Source: Laetmonice hystrix (Eukaryota). From it: DNA of 64,000 nucleotides. The stretch covers positions 33,046,001-33,110,000 of the forward strand of contig OZ249436.1 in assembly GCA_965235115.1 (NCBI GenBank), read 5' to 3'. Each line of letters opens with the position of its first letter. Position 1 is the stretch's first letter. The position numbers were made by a program, and so were the translations under genes. Shown in pieces: positions 11,633 to 23,600 of the stretch. A model generated the notes under the pieces. The model was not told the origin of the DNA. It made no database searches and saw only the letters and a program-made list of their open reading frames with translations.

Positions 11633-13016
11633 GGTCTGCTTCCTCCATGTGTCTCTGATTATGCTCTCGTAAAAGTGCAGATTTCAGTTTCATTGAAAAC
11701 CAAATAGATCTACAGATTAGTAAACTATGTGCGTTAATGATCTTGAAAACATGCGTGGAAATGTACTCAGCTTATGGTACGAATTTTTCTATCGTGAATG
11801 CGTTTCGTTGATCAAAAGGGAATAGCCATTGACGATGTGATGCAACACTGGTCCTGCCCGCGTTGCAAGACAGTAATAGATCTATAACACTATGAGGGCA
11901 GAATGATAATAACACGGTTGTATAGATATCCTTCTCTCTGACTGACTTGGGTTTCCCCATCAGGTGAGGGACGATCGATGACCATGCGGGTTTCGCTATG
12001 GTGGGTACCTGACAAGTTCACTCAGCCGTCGGGACAGAAGGAGCCAAGCTCATTAATCTCCAAGGATGGTTCTGCCAATATCTGGAGTCCGCCATGGTTG
12101 CAGAGCCAAGGTCACGGAAGCAACATTTCTTAAAGGTCATTTTAATAGCCTCGTCCATAGATGTTTATCGACAGCAAATGGAAAATAGCGCTTTATTTAG
12201 CGCCAGCAACCTTCTCAGGCAGTGTTTTCCTCCATATTGTTAGCAAAGCTCTTCTGAAGGGTTTTGGATAAAACATAATTTGAAAAAGCTATTGGCTACG
12301 TCAGTGGACTTATAGGGGTTTAAGTGAAAATGAAAAAGTGCATTTTGTGATGGTTAAAACTTCAGAGGAGTTATTGGGAAACAGTTTTTAAGTGCCGTGC
12401 TGAAGTTAATGCATTGTATAAAACGGTTCTAAGTGTAAATGATCAGCTTAGCTTAGAAAGACTGAACAATAAAAAATGCGTTTCACAAAAGATTTCACTT
12501 ACAACCTTTCCCAATGAGGTAGCGAATTGCGATAGAATTACTCCGTTACATGCAACTGTATTTAAGGGCCACTGTGTAGTACGACGAATTAGTCCTACAC
12601 TGTGGAGAAGGCATGGTGGTGTAAGGCACAACATTATAGCCTTCAAATCGGATCTCATTGGGTCGACACTTCCCGTGTCAAGCCCCTGAGTGACTTTGGT
12701 TGGTTCGACCCAGCATGATAAACATTATAAACTACTCTGCCTAATACATAAAGTTCTGCTTAGGTGACTGACCCCTCTCCAGATATAATAGGTCGCATGC
12801 GCATGTCGAATTATTCCAAGAAGCTTATCTTACACATACTACCGGTCTCAGTAAGAGGCAGCATGAGCCCACTGCGGTGCCTTGCACTGCGGCAAAGTCG
12901 TAGATCCCCTGATTATTACTGGCGGTTCTGAAGGTCGGCAAGAGTCATGCAGTGGCCTCTGGGAGGCCAGCGGTGTCCCAACAATACCAACCGAGTTGGT
13001 CCTGTTGTTATCGATA

Positions 13017-14339
13017 ATGAGTAGGATGTGGAGAGAGGGGGTTCCCCCAAGGGAGCGACCAGTAGATGGACCCGACAGAGAAACAGCGTGGACCGCTACC
13101 GGGGTTCTTCCGACAGTGAAAGGGCGAGGGGTCCTTCCCACCTCCGCTCAGAGAGGGCACAGACACACAGCCTCCCAGCACATCGACGATATACCCAACA
13201 GTGTCTCAATGCAAGGAGCTGATCATCCACTGGGAGAAGAAGACCAGAACAGCGGTAATAACATTGACATTACCAACGGAGATACCCAGAGTGTTGCTAC
13301 CACCGACGGACAAAGTGAAATCACAGATAACACCTTGGACGACAGGTTACCTCTCCATGTGACGTTCACAAAGACCACTGGACGGCTCGAGGTTCAGAAC
13401 AGCGCCAAGTCAGTACGATTTGGTTTGCCATCCTACGAAAACTCAAGGGACCATGGGTCGGTGCTGTCCGCGTTTGAACACTCTGGAAAGAGCAACGGAG
13501 TTCTCAGTACTCCAGTTGTCAATGGCTTCTACCTCAAGTCTTCGCAAGACTCGAGATCACAGAGTTGTTTCGGAGGGACCGCGTCCAGTGACCACGGACC
13601 GATGTCCAACCTGAGTATTTTTGGTTCTTCCTCTTCCGTCCAAGGTTCCCCAGTTTCAACCCCATCAGCAATGCGAAGTCGTGGAACTTTATCAAACTCT
13701 CGCCAAGTTCCAGGACGTTACTTCCCCCCGTTAATGTGGGCAGACGAACAGAAATCCAACCGAAAAAACTCACAGACTTTACGGGCATTTTCATGTTTGT
13801 CCTCGGCATCTTTTCCGCCGTCCTTGACTCCAGCAAGTCATAAGAAACCCTCACAATCCTGCCAGGGCCCAGCGCCAAACATTTCGTCACTGTCCTCAAA
13901 CATATGGCACAACAAGGCTCAACGCATCTGCTCCAGTACGAGCCGAAACAAGAGGAAAACAGCGTTAAAACCCAAAGCGTTCTCCCTGGAATCCCCTGGG
14001 ATCGCTCACCACGACCACACAGAGGCCTCTAGTAAGGGGCGCCTCATCACTAGAGAGACCACTTACAACCGAGTCCGGCGCTCCTTCTGGGACACTTACG
14101 ATTCCAACCCTGAAAAGTTCACCATCAGTTTCAGGGACGAAAGTCCAGGTTACGACCCGACTAGCTTCGTCCGCAGTGACTATTACACGCTGAGACGTTC
14201 AGCCGAACTTCCCGTGTTTTTCAATAGGACGTCCCTACGTGGAAGAGCGGCTCCTACCTTCCAGGGCTCTTTAGAAGGGACCACAAAGAGACTTCATGCT
14301 AAATATAAGGACCAGCAGGAGCTGTCATTGACAACGTGA
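13017..14339 (+). CDS. Intronless orphan ORF, Ser/Thr-rich and probably disordered (440 aa from ATG 13017; frame open from 12867)
   Basis: Over 1.4 kb of non-repetitive open frame. The track's start at 12882 is TTG; the first in-frame ATG is at 13017 (MSRMWREG). No recognisable domain. Confidence 0.7.
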   Translation: MSRMWREGVPPRERPVDGPDRETAWTATGVLPTVKGRGVLPTSAQRGHRHTASQHIDDIPNSVSMQGADHPLGEEDQNSGNNIDITNGDTQSVATTDGQSEITDNTLDDRLPLHVTFTKTTGRLEVQNSAKSVRFGLPSYENSRDHGSVLSAFEHSGKSNGVLSTPVVNGFYLKSSQDSRSQSCFGGTASSDHGPMSNLSIFGSSSSVQGSPVSTPSAMRSRGTLSNSRQVPGRYFPPLMWADEQKSNRKNSQTLRAFSCLSSASFPPSLTPASHKKPSQSCQGPAPNISSLSSNIWHNKAQRICSSTSRNKRKTALKPKAFSLESPGIAHHDHTEASSKGRLITRETTYNRVRRSFWDTYDSNPEKFTISFRDESPGYDPTSFVRSDYYTLRRSAELPVFFNRTSLRGRAAPTFQGSLEGTTKRLHAKYKDQQELSLTT

Positions 14340-15772
14340 CCTGTCGTGGAGAGACTGGAGCAGAGAAGGAACGGATGTTTTAAATTAGAAAGAATAGGTT
14401 GAATGCTCTTTTGTTTTAATGCCTGAAATTGTGAAAGCAACCCTTCGCCTCCCTTAGATCCGAGTACACAGAGTAAAATTACGAATTCCCAAACATAGCT
14501 CAATTGACTTTTCCTGGATGTAGCGCTATTTTATTGTGTGTAACGGAATCCCGCTGGCCTATCATTGTTACTGTTAGGCACGTGACAGGCCTTCTAATGC
14601 ACATCACACCAAGTGTGTACCTATTTGAACAAACCTTATGTGCATGATGTCTTTGGCATATTTTTAACAGTATACACCTAATCCATTTTGTCAGTTCTAT
14701 TACTTGCTATCATTTAAAGATTGTTTACCTCCAGTCAAAATGGTATAGTCTTAAGTGTAATCCGTGCAAGTATAGATTTAGATCGACAAATGCCTTACAA
14801 TACCAAGCAATGGAACAGTCGGACACACAGGTTATCGTCGTACCATCTACACGACTGCCTTTTATCGGATTTCATGGCCACTCACAGCAATATCGACTCC
14901 TGCACCCAGACGTTGGAATCCACATATAGAGTGCTAAGTACATTGTATAGCAGAAAGCAATCGTCAGGGCACATTATATATATAAACGGTCCATTAAACA
15001 GGTAACGGATATCGGTGGCATTTGCTGGCTAGAATTAGAAGTATATCGGTTTGACGCAGTGGGAGGTCTCAGAGTGCGTGCAAGAGTGTTACCCTGTACG
15101 GTAAGTCTGGAGATTGGCGCCTGATCCACACCCTCCCCCCGGCTTGGCGCCCTTCGTTATGTAGGCCGAACCTTTAAATGACTAATAGCCTCCCGCATAA
15201 GACATTACATTTCATTTCGTTTGGTTCCGGCAGTGCGTGTCTGAAGGTTTGGGTGTGACGGGATCTATAGAGGTGACCTGCTAAACGTTTCCAGTGTGCA
15301 AGTGTAAAGTCATAGACCTATCGGGTCATAAACACCTTATTGTATACGGATTAGTTAGTATTAAATTGCAGTTGGGTATTATGGTTAACTAAACAGGACA
15401 TTAAGCTCATAGCACAAAGCCGAATGTATTACACTCTGGCCTACAAGCAAAATAAAACTCAACCAAAATAAAACTATTGAAGTATTTGGGTGGTCAGACA
15501 TAGGGATCAGTATTAACAGTGAGTCAGATCATGAGCAAAGATTTTAGGAGAAATTGTTTCTATATAGATAGAGGCAAAAAGAACCCCATTAGCGAATAAA
15601 TGCAAGACTTGCCATGTTCCAGCACCCAAACACAGTATGAATTCCTCACTTTAATGTATGAATGTCGGAAATAGCCAAAATATGTTGGTGGGTACAGTGT
15701 TGGGGGAACTGCTAAGCCAAACTTAAGTTTCTAAGGAAATTTATGTTTTATGGTCGGGTTTTTTTTCTCAAA

Positions 15773-15845
15773 AAATTGCCCTCTGCCCTGGTGGAACATT
15801 GATGTATAAAATTGCCCTCTGCCCTGGTGGGACATTGATGTATAA
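15773..15845. repeat. 36-bp direct tandem duplication
   Basis: aaattgccctctgccctggtgg(a/g)acattgatgtata occurs twice. Confidence 0.8.
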
Positions 15846-18323
15846 TGGGTTTGTTTCTGCCTACCACTGTTGACTCATCAGTTCCATACTGCTCACAGCC
15901 TCATGCATGAAGTAAGTTGTTGTACTCGGTTGACATTTTAATATCGGGTCTGTACAGCGTTTTCTTATACCAAACTTTCGAAAGTGAAGTGCCAAGCTAT
16001 AGAGGTGGTGGCTTGCCAAATAAGAACTCCAACCTGTGCCTGGGATTTCCCACCTTGTTACGCCACCAATCAATACAACCACTACATTGATGGTCTCACA
16101 CGTAATACATAAACATACATAGAATTTATCTGCATGAAGATAACATATGGGGCATGGATATCCGGTACTCTCAGATATGTCTTTTCTATAACTGATATAG
16201 TTTTCCTTTTCTTTTTCACTTTATTCTTTGTTTTATGTGGGGGGGAGGGTGCGTGTTTAAATTATCATGATATTCTTAATTATTTTTTTAGCCGCCTGAA
16301 TGCATGAATAATGTTGATGCCGGGTCAGATGTTGTTCTTAGTGTCCTATTACTGGGCGAATGCTGATGGGCGTTGTTACGATTTCCATTCCATAAAGCGA
16401 CAGAAGCGAACGTCTGACAGACCTATATCATATGTATAGGATATCGGTATACTAGATGCAAACACGCCATTGAACAAGACTCATATAATTAATATTCCAC
16501 GGTTCTCGAAGGTTCAAGAATTCCGCATATTAAGTTTTACCTTGTCTGCATGCAGTACTATACTCTGTACACGATGCCAACTGTCGTACAGTGTGTACAG
16601 ATTTGTCAACGTAAAGCCCTAAATCACTCATTCATTGCATCGACCTAGCTATTACTGTTCAACTTGTCTAAAAGTACCTTTTCTAAAGTTGTTACCGCTC
16701 ACAGGGATGACTTTAAGAAGACCCAAATAAATGCATTATACGAGTCATACCTACGCATTTAATATTAATTTTTTTTAAATAATATGTTGAATCTTTAACC
16801 TTCTATCCACAACGCTCTCGACTCGGGTAATACCTCTAGCGGCGGGAGAACACCGATAGATTTGAACCTTTCGAATTAACTCTTAAAATCAATGTTCTAT
16901 GTTTGAGCGGATGCATATTTCATGGTAGTGACACCCCACCTTAGGCTTATGAAACACGCAGTGGGGAGAAAGAATGGTAAGTCCTGTGTAATTGCATGGT
17001 ATTGATTTTGTTGACTCTATGTGGCTTTTTTTAAACGTCAAACATAACCGTATTGTTTGATGTTATACAACGTATTATTATTATTATTCGAACTATAAAC
17101 AATGTAATCATAACAATGTCAGTAAATCACTTCCAATAAATTATCATGGTAGCTTTCCTAAAGGGAAGATAAAACACGATTAAGCTTAGAAAGTATTGAT
17201 AAATACTTCTACATCTTATAATGATGACCATCTGGTTGTTGGCCAACATAATTGTCGGATATAAGATACATGTATTCTTCTTATACGCCTAAATTAGGTA
17301 CAAATATCATCGGGGGTTTTTTTACAAAAAAAAAACGGATAAAAGACGATGGTCTTTTTCAATTCAATGGAACATATCCTATTTTAGGCGTAAATTCCGC
17401 AAGGAAATATACCCAAAATGAAGTAATTAGTAGCAGCAGAGTTAAGCAGAGATATCATACAAATATGTTTTAAGAATGCCGATTTTAGATTTCTTTTAGA
17501 GTTGCTTTCAACTTAAATCGTGATATCTCCAAATAAAATTGGACACTACACAATAACTTGGTGGTTTTTTGTATTTATTTAGTTACAATATTTGTTTTAT
17601 TTGAAATAATGAAGAACACGCATATATTTGTGAATTTAGACGAACCGAATATTTGGATACCTTTCTCATTTTTGAATTGTAAGAAGTTCTGCCTAAATTA
17701 AAACAGCCCCCCCCCCCCCGGGTAATTCTCCAGTTCCTTGATATTTCTAAAATGTATAACCCTTAATACGGGATTTGAATAAATTGTTTAATACTCACAA
17801 GTAAACTATAAAGAAAGGAAGTCTAGATGTTCTTTTACTACATAACAGCAGGCATGTATTGCATCCTTACGTATAGACAGACGTTAGTAGCTTGAAAAAA
17901 GATCGTAGAGCATGTCTGTAATACTGCTCGGAACCTATTTTATATCCTTTGTGATATGTTCTGTATCAAGTATCAGTACCAATATCATTGCATCATGGTG
18001 TCGCCTTTGCAGGATGCTGTACTGGTAGGAGTATACGCACGATACAATGCAGCTCGATATTTGTAGGCAAGCAATCAGCCGTCATGTGAAGCGGGACAAT
18101 CCTGAAGTTGTTAATCATCCATGCACGCCATTGTACTTCACAAAGCATGGCTCTCCACCTTATCCAATGCCTGAGTACCGATATAACTGATACCCAATGG
18201 TTTGGGGGTGGGGCGTTATCCGACCCACCTGCGGAAAGTCTACGTCTACAAAACATCGATTCATGTCTAATATACGTAGAATCACAGACGAGAACACAGT
18301 AGCATAGACAATTATATGTACCT

Positions 18324-19097
18324 CTATGAGTCTTCCGATTCAACGCTTCGACTTTTACTCTTCATCTTTACCGGCTTCTCCCGGAGCCTTACTTGAGAGC
18401 TGGACACGTGTAAGTTCTTTTTAACGTTATCTCCGCTAGCTTCGGTTGTGCCTTGTTCTTCACCTTGGTTAGTCTCACATCTCCTTGCCGAATCAGCCAT
18501 GACCGATGACGATAAACTCCTGTCTAACGACGCCGACTTTCTGAGTGGATTGCTGTGAGGAGGCGTCCTTTGCCTATGAGCTGTTTTAGGGCGAGACGTT
18601 GGGCTGACTCCTTCCACCGACATGCCAAGTGGCGGTGACGTTCGACCACTACGATGACACGATGTCGTCTGCCGATCAGATTGACGCTTAATGACGTCCG
18701 CCTTCACTCTGGACCTCGCGCGGATGGTGTACAGAGGTTTCGTCTGATTCGTGATTGAAGCGTCTTTGTGCTGGCGTCGGCCGACCCTGAATTCAAAGGT
18801 CAGACTCTCGAGCGCCTGCGGCTGCTGCCGAACCAAGTCGTCTGCCCATTTTGAGGCGGCGCGGTTCGCGTTCGGGTCACGCTTCCGCTCTTCCAGCGCC
18901 ATCTCCAAAAGTTTCATTTCGAGCATGCGCCGTTTGTCGGAGTCAGTTTCCTTCAGAATCCGTCGGATTCTGCCCCTGGCTGTTTCAATCTTCGCAGTAG
19001 TTTCCTCTTCAGCAGCATCATCCTCTCCAGAATCGTGAAAACTAGGGTCATCTTTGGTTATTTCCGCGTCGCCAGGAGAGATTTTCTGGTCTGCCAT
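18324..19097 (-). CDS. Intronless orphan ORF, 257 aa, with an N-terminal acidic/coiled-coil-like segment and a basic Ser-rich tail
   Basis: ATG in gatATGG context. Charged helical segment ETARGRIRRILKETDSDKRRMLEMKLLEMALEERKR. Non-repetitive. No recognisable domain. Confidence 0.65.
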   Translation of the reverse strand: MADQKISPGDAEITKDDPSFHDSGEDDAAEEETTAKIETARGRIRRILKETDSDKRRMLEMKLLEMALEERKRDPNANRAASKWADDLVRQQPQALESLTFEFRVGRRQHKDASITNQTKPLYTIRARSRVKADVIKRQSDRQTTSCHRSGRTSPPLGMSVEGVSPTSRPKTAHRQRTPPHSNPLRKSASLDRSLSSSVMADSARRCETNQGEEQGTTEASGDNVKKNLHVSSSQVRLREKPVKMKSKSRSVESEDS

Positions 19098-20627
19098 ATC
19101 AGCCCCTTAGATCGTACAATTGCAGGCCTTGTCCTCACGAATTCTGGATCGGGGATGCACCGCGTACCCTATCGTTATTGAAATTCAATGCGAACAATCG
19201 TCCCTAGTCATACCCCCCAAAAAAAACCTCCAGAGAGGATTTTAAACTTCAATAATCGTCGAGTCCTGGCCATGGTCTGAAATACCAACATTGCCTAAAA
19301 CCTGGCATCAAAGGACGTGACACATTTATAATTCAAAAGACCGCAGGTGAATAAGAATGGAAGCACATCGATTTCTTGGATAGGTGACTTGTGTTATACT
19401 GAAAGGGGACCTGCCCTTACTGCCACATAAAGAGAATTGTTATTCATAAATACTTAATATTTTCTCAACATGAGGTAACTATCACAAAAAACTGATGCAC
19501 TGCATTACAAAAACTGAAGTAACGTAGAGGAGCACTGCACGATACTACTCGCCATGTATAAATGTACAGTTCAACATGAATTTCCGTTGTAGTTTAGCCT
19601 AAGAAGACAGCAGTCTGGGCAATGCTTCCTTATACATAATATTCTCGAGAGGGGAAGCAAAAAAAAGTTGCACGTATGCGGTAACATTTCTTTGATCTCT
19701 GTTCCCATTTCACACTATCATCATTTATTGAGGGACAACATGAATCCAGAATGCACAGACACACACGTAGATTCATAAATGTTTACCGGCCTCTTAATGA
19801 CTGCCGTGAGACTTGCTACATTGAGATCGATATCCTGGCGAAAAGTCTGGCCTACTGATCTGCCAAATCGATTCGACTCTGGAGCCTTTCTGCCTTTGGA
19901 GAATACCCTGCATGCCTTGCTTTGTACAGATTGTTGACTTGCACTTCGTCGACCACCGCTGGCGTCCAAAAATTACTTGACGCAAAATCAGATATTTCTA
20001 CCCTCCCTTGCCCGTAACAGATCGTTGTAGGGGCAGGACGTAGCCCCACAGTGTGATGAAAACTTAACAACACCTTCACCATATATTCCTCAAGTCTAAC
20101 TTAACACACGGTAGCAATTTCGGGTATACATGTATAGGCCTATATTATGTGAAAAAGAATAAAATAAGAAACGGACAACAACGAATGTAGACCCCACGGA
20201 ACTAACCGTATCATTATAATATCTGTTGTATACCCCATGGAGTAGAATGTATCATTATTGTACATTCGCGTAGAAAGGGTTGTACGGCTGACTTGTTCAA
20301 TTCTGTTGAAAATCTATTCAAGCAAGAGGGTAGGTCACTGTCGGCCAAATCAATTTACATGGCAGGCTGAGCCCATTTTCATGAGAGAACCCAAATTGAA
20401 CAGAAATGTGTGACCTTTTCTGCATAATTTATAAATCTCCACATGAGCCCTTACAGACACCAAACGATGTCCTGACACGAGCTGGTGCGTTATTGCATGT
20501 CTCTGACAATACTTGAAACTGCTCTGTTGATTGATGGTTGGTATTACCATGAGGTTACCCTAAACTACGGAATAACTGTAAGGAAATTCCTGTTCAGTGT
20601 ACTCTTAAATATTAAATCAGCAGTTTG

Positions 20628-23600
20628 TTATTGATATTGCTGCAGTGCATCCGGCGCGTACTGCATGCCGAACGTCCTTCCGTCAATGGCGTTCATTGGT
20701 ACATGAACACGTTCACTGTTCACGCCCGACATGGCATGGCTAAACATGTTCACCGAAAGGTGGCGCCCCAGGACCGACTTGCCTCCCATGGACTTGGCGA
20801 ACGTCATGCAGATTGGCATCGTCAGTAACGGCACGGAGGGAGTGCGCAAAAACTGACCCTCGTAGTCGTCTCGGCAAAACGTCCCGTCCATTTCTGGTTT
20901 GGCATCAGGCATGAAGGGCAACGGCTCAACACCTATAAATTGGATATAAATTGGAATAATACAAACCCCAACCGGCAGTACAAAATTTCAAGCCTGTATA
21001 GCCCACACCAACAAAATGATTCTTAACAACTCATCTACGTTTTAGATGTATTTTCAACCAAACAAAAGTATAATACTGTTAGGTACAATCCGGCTTCACT
21101 TACTGTTAGGGACATTCTCTGGCAGCAGGGTTTCGTACGGTTTTTCGAGCGCCGCGTTGCGTCTATGTATCATCTTTGAGATAAAGGCCAACTGCTTTCG
21201 GAATTCATCGTGTGCCTGCTTGGCCTCGCGTTCCACGAAGTATGTCTCCGAACTGTGGCCAAGTGCGCTCTGGATTTTAATTTAGAACACTTTATTTGAT
21301 AAAATTGTAGTTATTGTAAAATATGCGAGGGTTATCCAACGGGGACAGGGACAGTCATAAAAGGGCACTATGCTGAGGGAGCCTTACCTGGTCCGCTTTC
21401 CTTATGGACATTATGTAAGCAATGGAGTTTTTGTATAAAGCCGGATTCTGGTCTGGTAGCGTTTGAACTGTCAGCTTCTTCTGCCCTAATCCCTTCGTGT
21501 TCGGCGGCGGCTTTTTCATCATTGCAGGAACCGAGGCGTCGTGTCCATACATGTCTATGGCCTGGCTGTGAGTGGCTGCATGCCGACAGGTGGTCGTGTA
21601 GAGTATCTTACTCACCAAGGCAGAGATTTCATTCCTGGTGCACAGACTCGCAGGAAGATCAATGTCAGCATGTTCACGGAAACCATTGTTCCGTATATCT
21701 TTGATCCACGCTTGGATCTCACAGTCGTTAACGACGTCCTCGTCTGATGGATAGAAATAGTTGATGAGTTTACCACAGTAGCGACAGATAACGTTCCACA
21801 GTCGGAGGCCGTCGTCGCGATAATAATAGTTGGTCAGTTTGTCGCCGACATGGACGCCACGTTTCCTGATGTCGGCGGTGAAGTCGAGGTCGTCCATTTT
21901 GAAGCGACTGTACAGTTTTCTGACGACCTGTTTGAAACCGTCACTGCCGAGAGAGGTCCACCGGTCGAGCGCGCCGCCCTTATTGAGCACGTGTGTCCTG
22001 ATCAGCCTGTTACCTGACAGTATGTACCTGTTTGGATAAGAACAATGACGACTTGGGCTTAGCGGGCTAAGGTCTACCACCACCCCGCCCCACCCCCTTC
22101 AGCCTTACAGATAGGGGCCTATAGGTGCCACCAATTTCTTCAGAGGGATATGGAAAAAATAATAGTTATCCCACCAACTTTTTCTCCTCACTTCTGTTTT
22201 ATAACAAAGAGGCACACGATAGAAAATAACATTGCCTCTATTCACCTGTTAAAATCTTACAATGAAACTTTTTTCGAGTTTTAACCCTTACTCCTAAGTA
22301 AGTGTTAATAAGTATACTAAGTTTTTTTACCGGAAGTGTGGTTTCAATAGTTTGTACACCGGATGCGACGAAGACAGTTGTCGCAAAGTTGCAACAACGA
22401 ACGGTTCGACCACCAGGTGGCAGTAAAACATGTGACTTGCCAGCTGTAGGAGGAAGTCGGCATGTCGTACCCAGAGTTTGGCCAGCAACCAATCATCCGC
22501 TGAATCTGACGAGGAACACTGTCAGTCAGCAGTCATGTTTTTATACAAATGTTAATATTGTCCCGAATATGTGTTTTTGATTGATCGAGCCATGGAATAA
22601 TATATTTTTGCGATGCAAAGGTTTAAGTTGCGTACTCGATTTCTCCTTTTTAAGCAGCGAGAAACGTAAAAGATCTATTTATGGCTTTCAAACTGCTTGT
22701 GCCATATGTAATATTTCACTGTATTTTAACAAAATAACTTGGTTACCTGTCGGCAAGAACAGAGGATTATCGTCTGCTGGGTGCTGTTTAAGCTGGATGG
22801 CCAGAGGTACAAGTTGTCCGGCGCTGTTCAAGTAGAGCAGTACCAGTGGCGCCGCGTGGTGCCGAGACTTGCTGTCTTTGGATGACGTCACCAACTGGTG
22901 CTCCAGGTCTTTGTAATCAGCCAGAAAGACGCGACCTACCTGGGGAATAAGAGATATGCATGTGAGAAAAAAAATCATGTTTGCCCATATTTACTACCAT
23001 TCACACCTTCAGACTACATAGTGTTTACGCAGGTTTGGCTCTTACTTTTCTTACTCACTTTTTCACTGTAACTTACCCGAAGTTCCTCACTAAAACTTAG
23101 TTCTCTCTCCATGAGTGGGTCCATGATATCGTCGTTGACTGGCAGATTCTCAGGGACGGTGCATAATCTCTTGATGACCAGCGGATTCGGTCCCTGTGTA
23201 AAGAGTCGACCAAATTCAGTATCGTCCATGCAGGCCCGACACATGTCCCCTTTTGGGCCGTCCGGGATTTTTGCCGACGCCTTTTTAATGAAGTATAAAA
23301 CGTTCCTGAGTTTGGACCACTTCCTCCGCGCTCTCCCCGTCAAGGACGTGTGACGTGGGACGAGGCCTGGAAGGATTGCTTTTCTGCTCGGCATGTTCTG
23401 GAAGGCTGTGGAGGCCCGCCGACCGTCCGGAGTGGTGGTCGGCTGGTGGTCCACGTACTGGTCACCTCCGTGGTGGAGGTGGTGGTGGTGATGGTGGTGG
23501 TGCGCCTGACACAGCGCCGCGTGGTGGTGGCTGTGGTTTCGCGGTTTCCCGGCCTGGGTGATTTCTGTCATGGTCATGTCGAGGTCCCACGGCAGGTAGG

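Noticed and set aside
19721-20082. Short overlapping minus-strand ORFs between AOS-LOX and the 257-aa ORF
   Set aside because: No homology recognised and no compatible splice sites; likely 3' UTR or intergenic.
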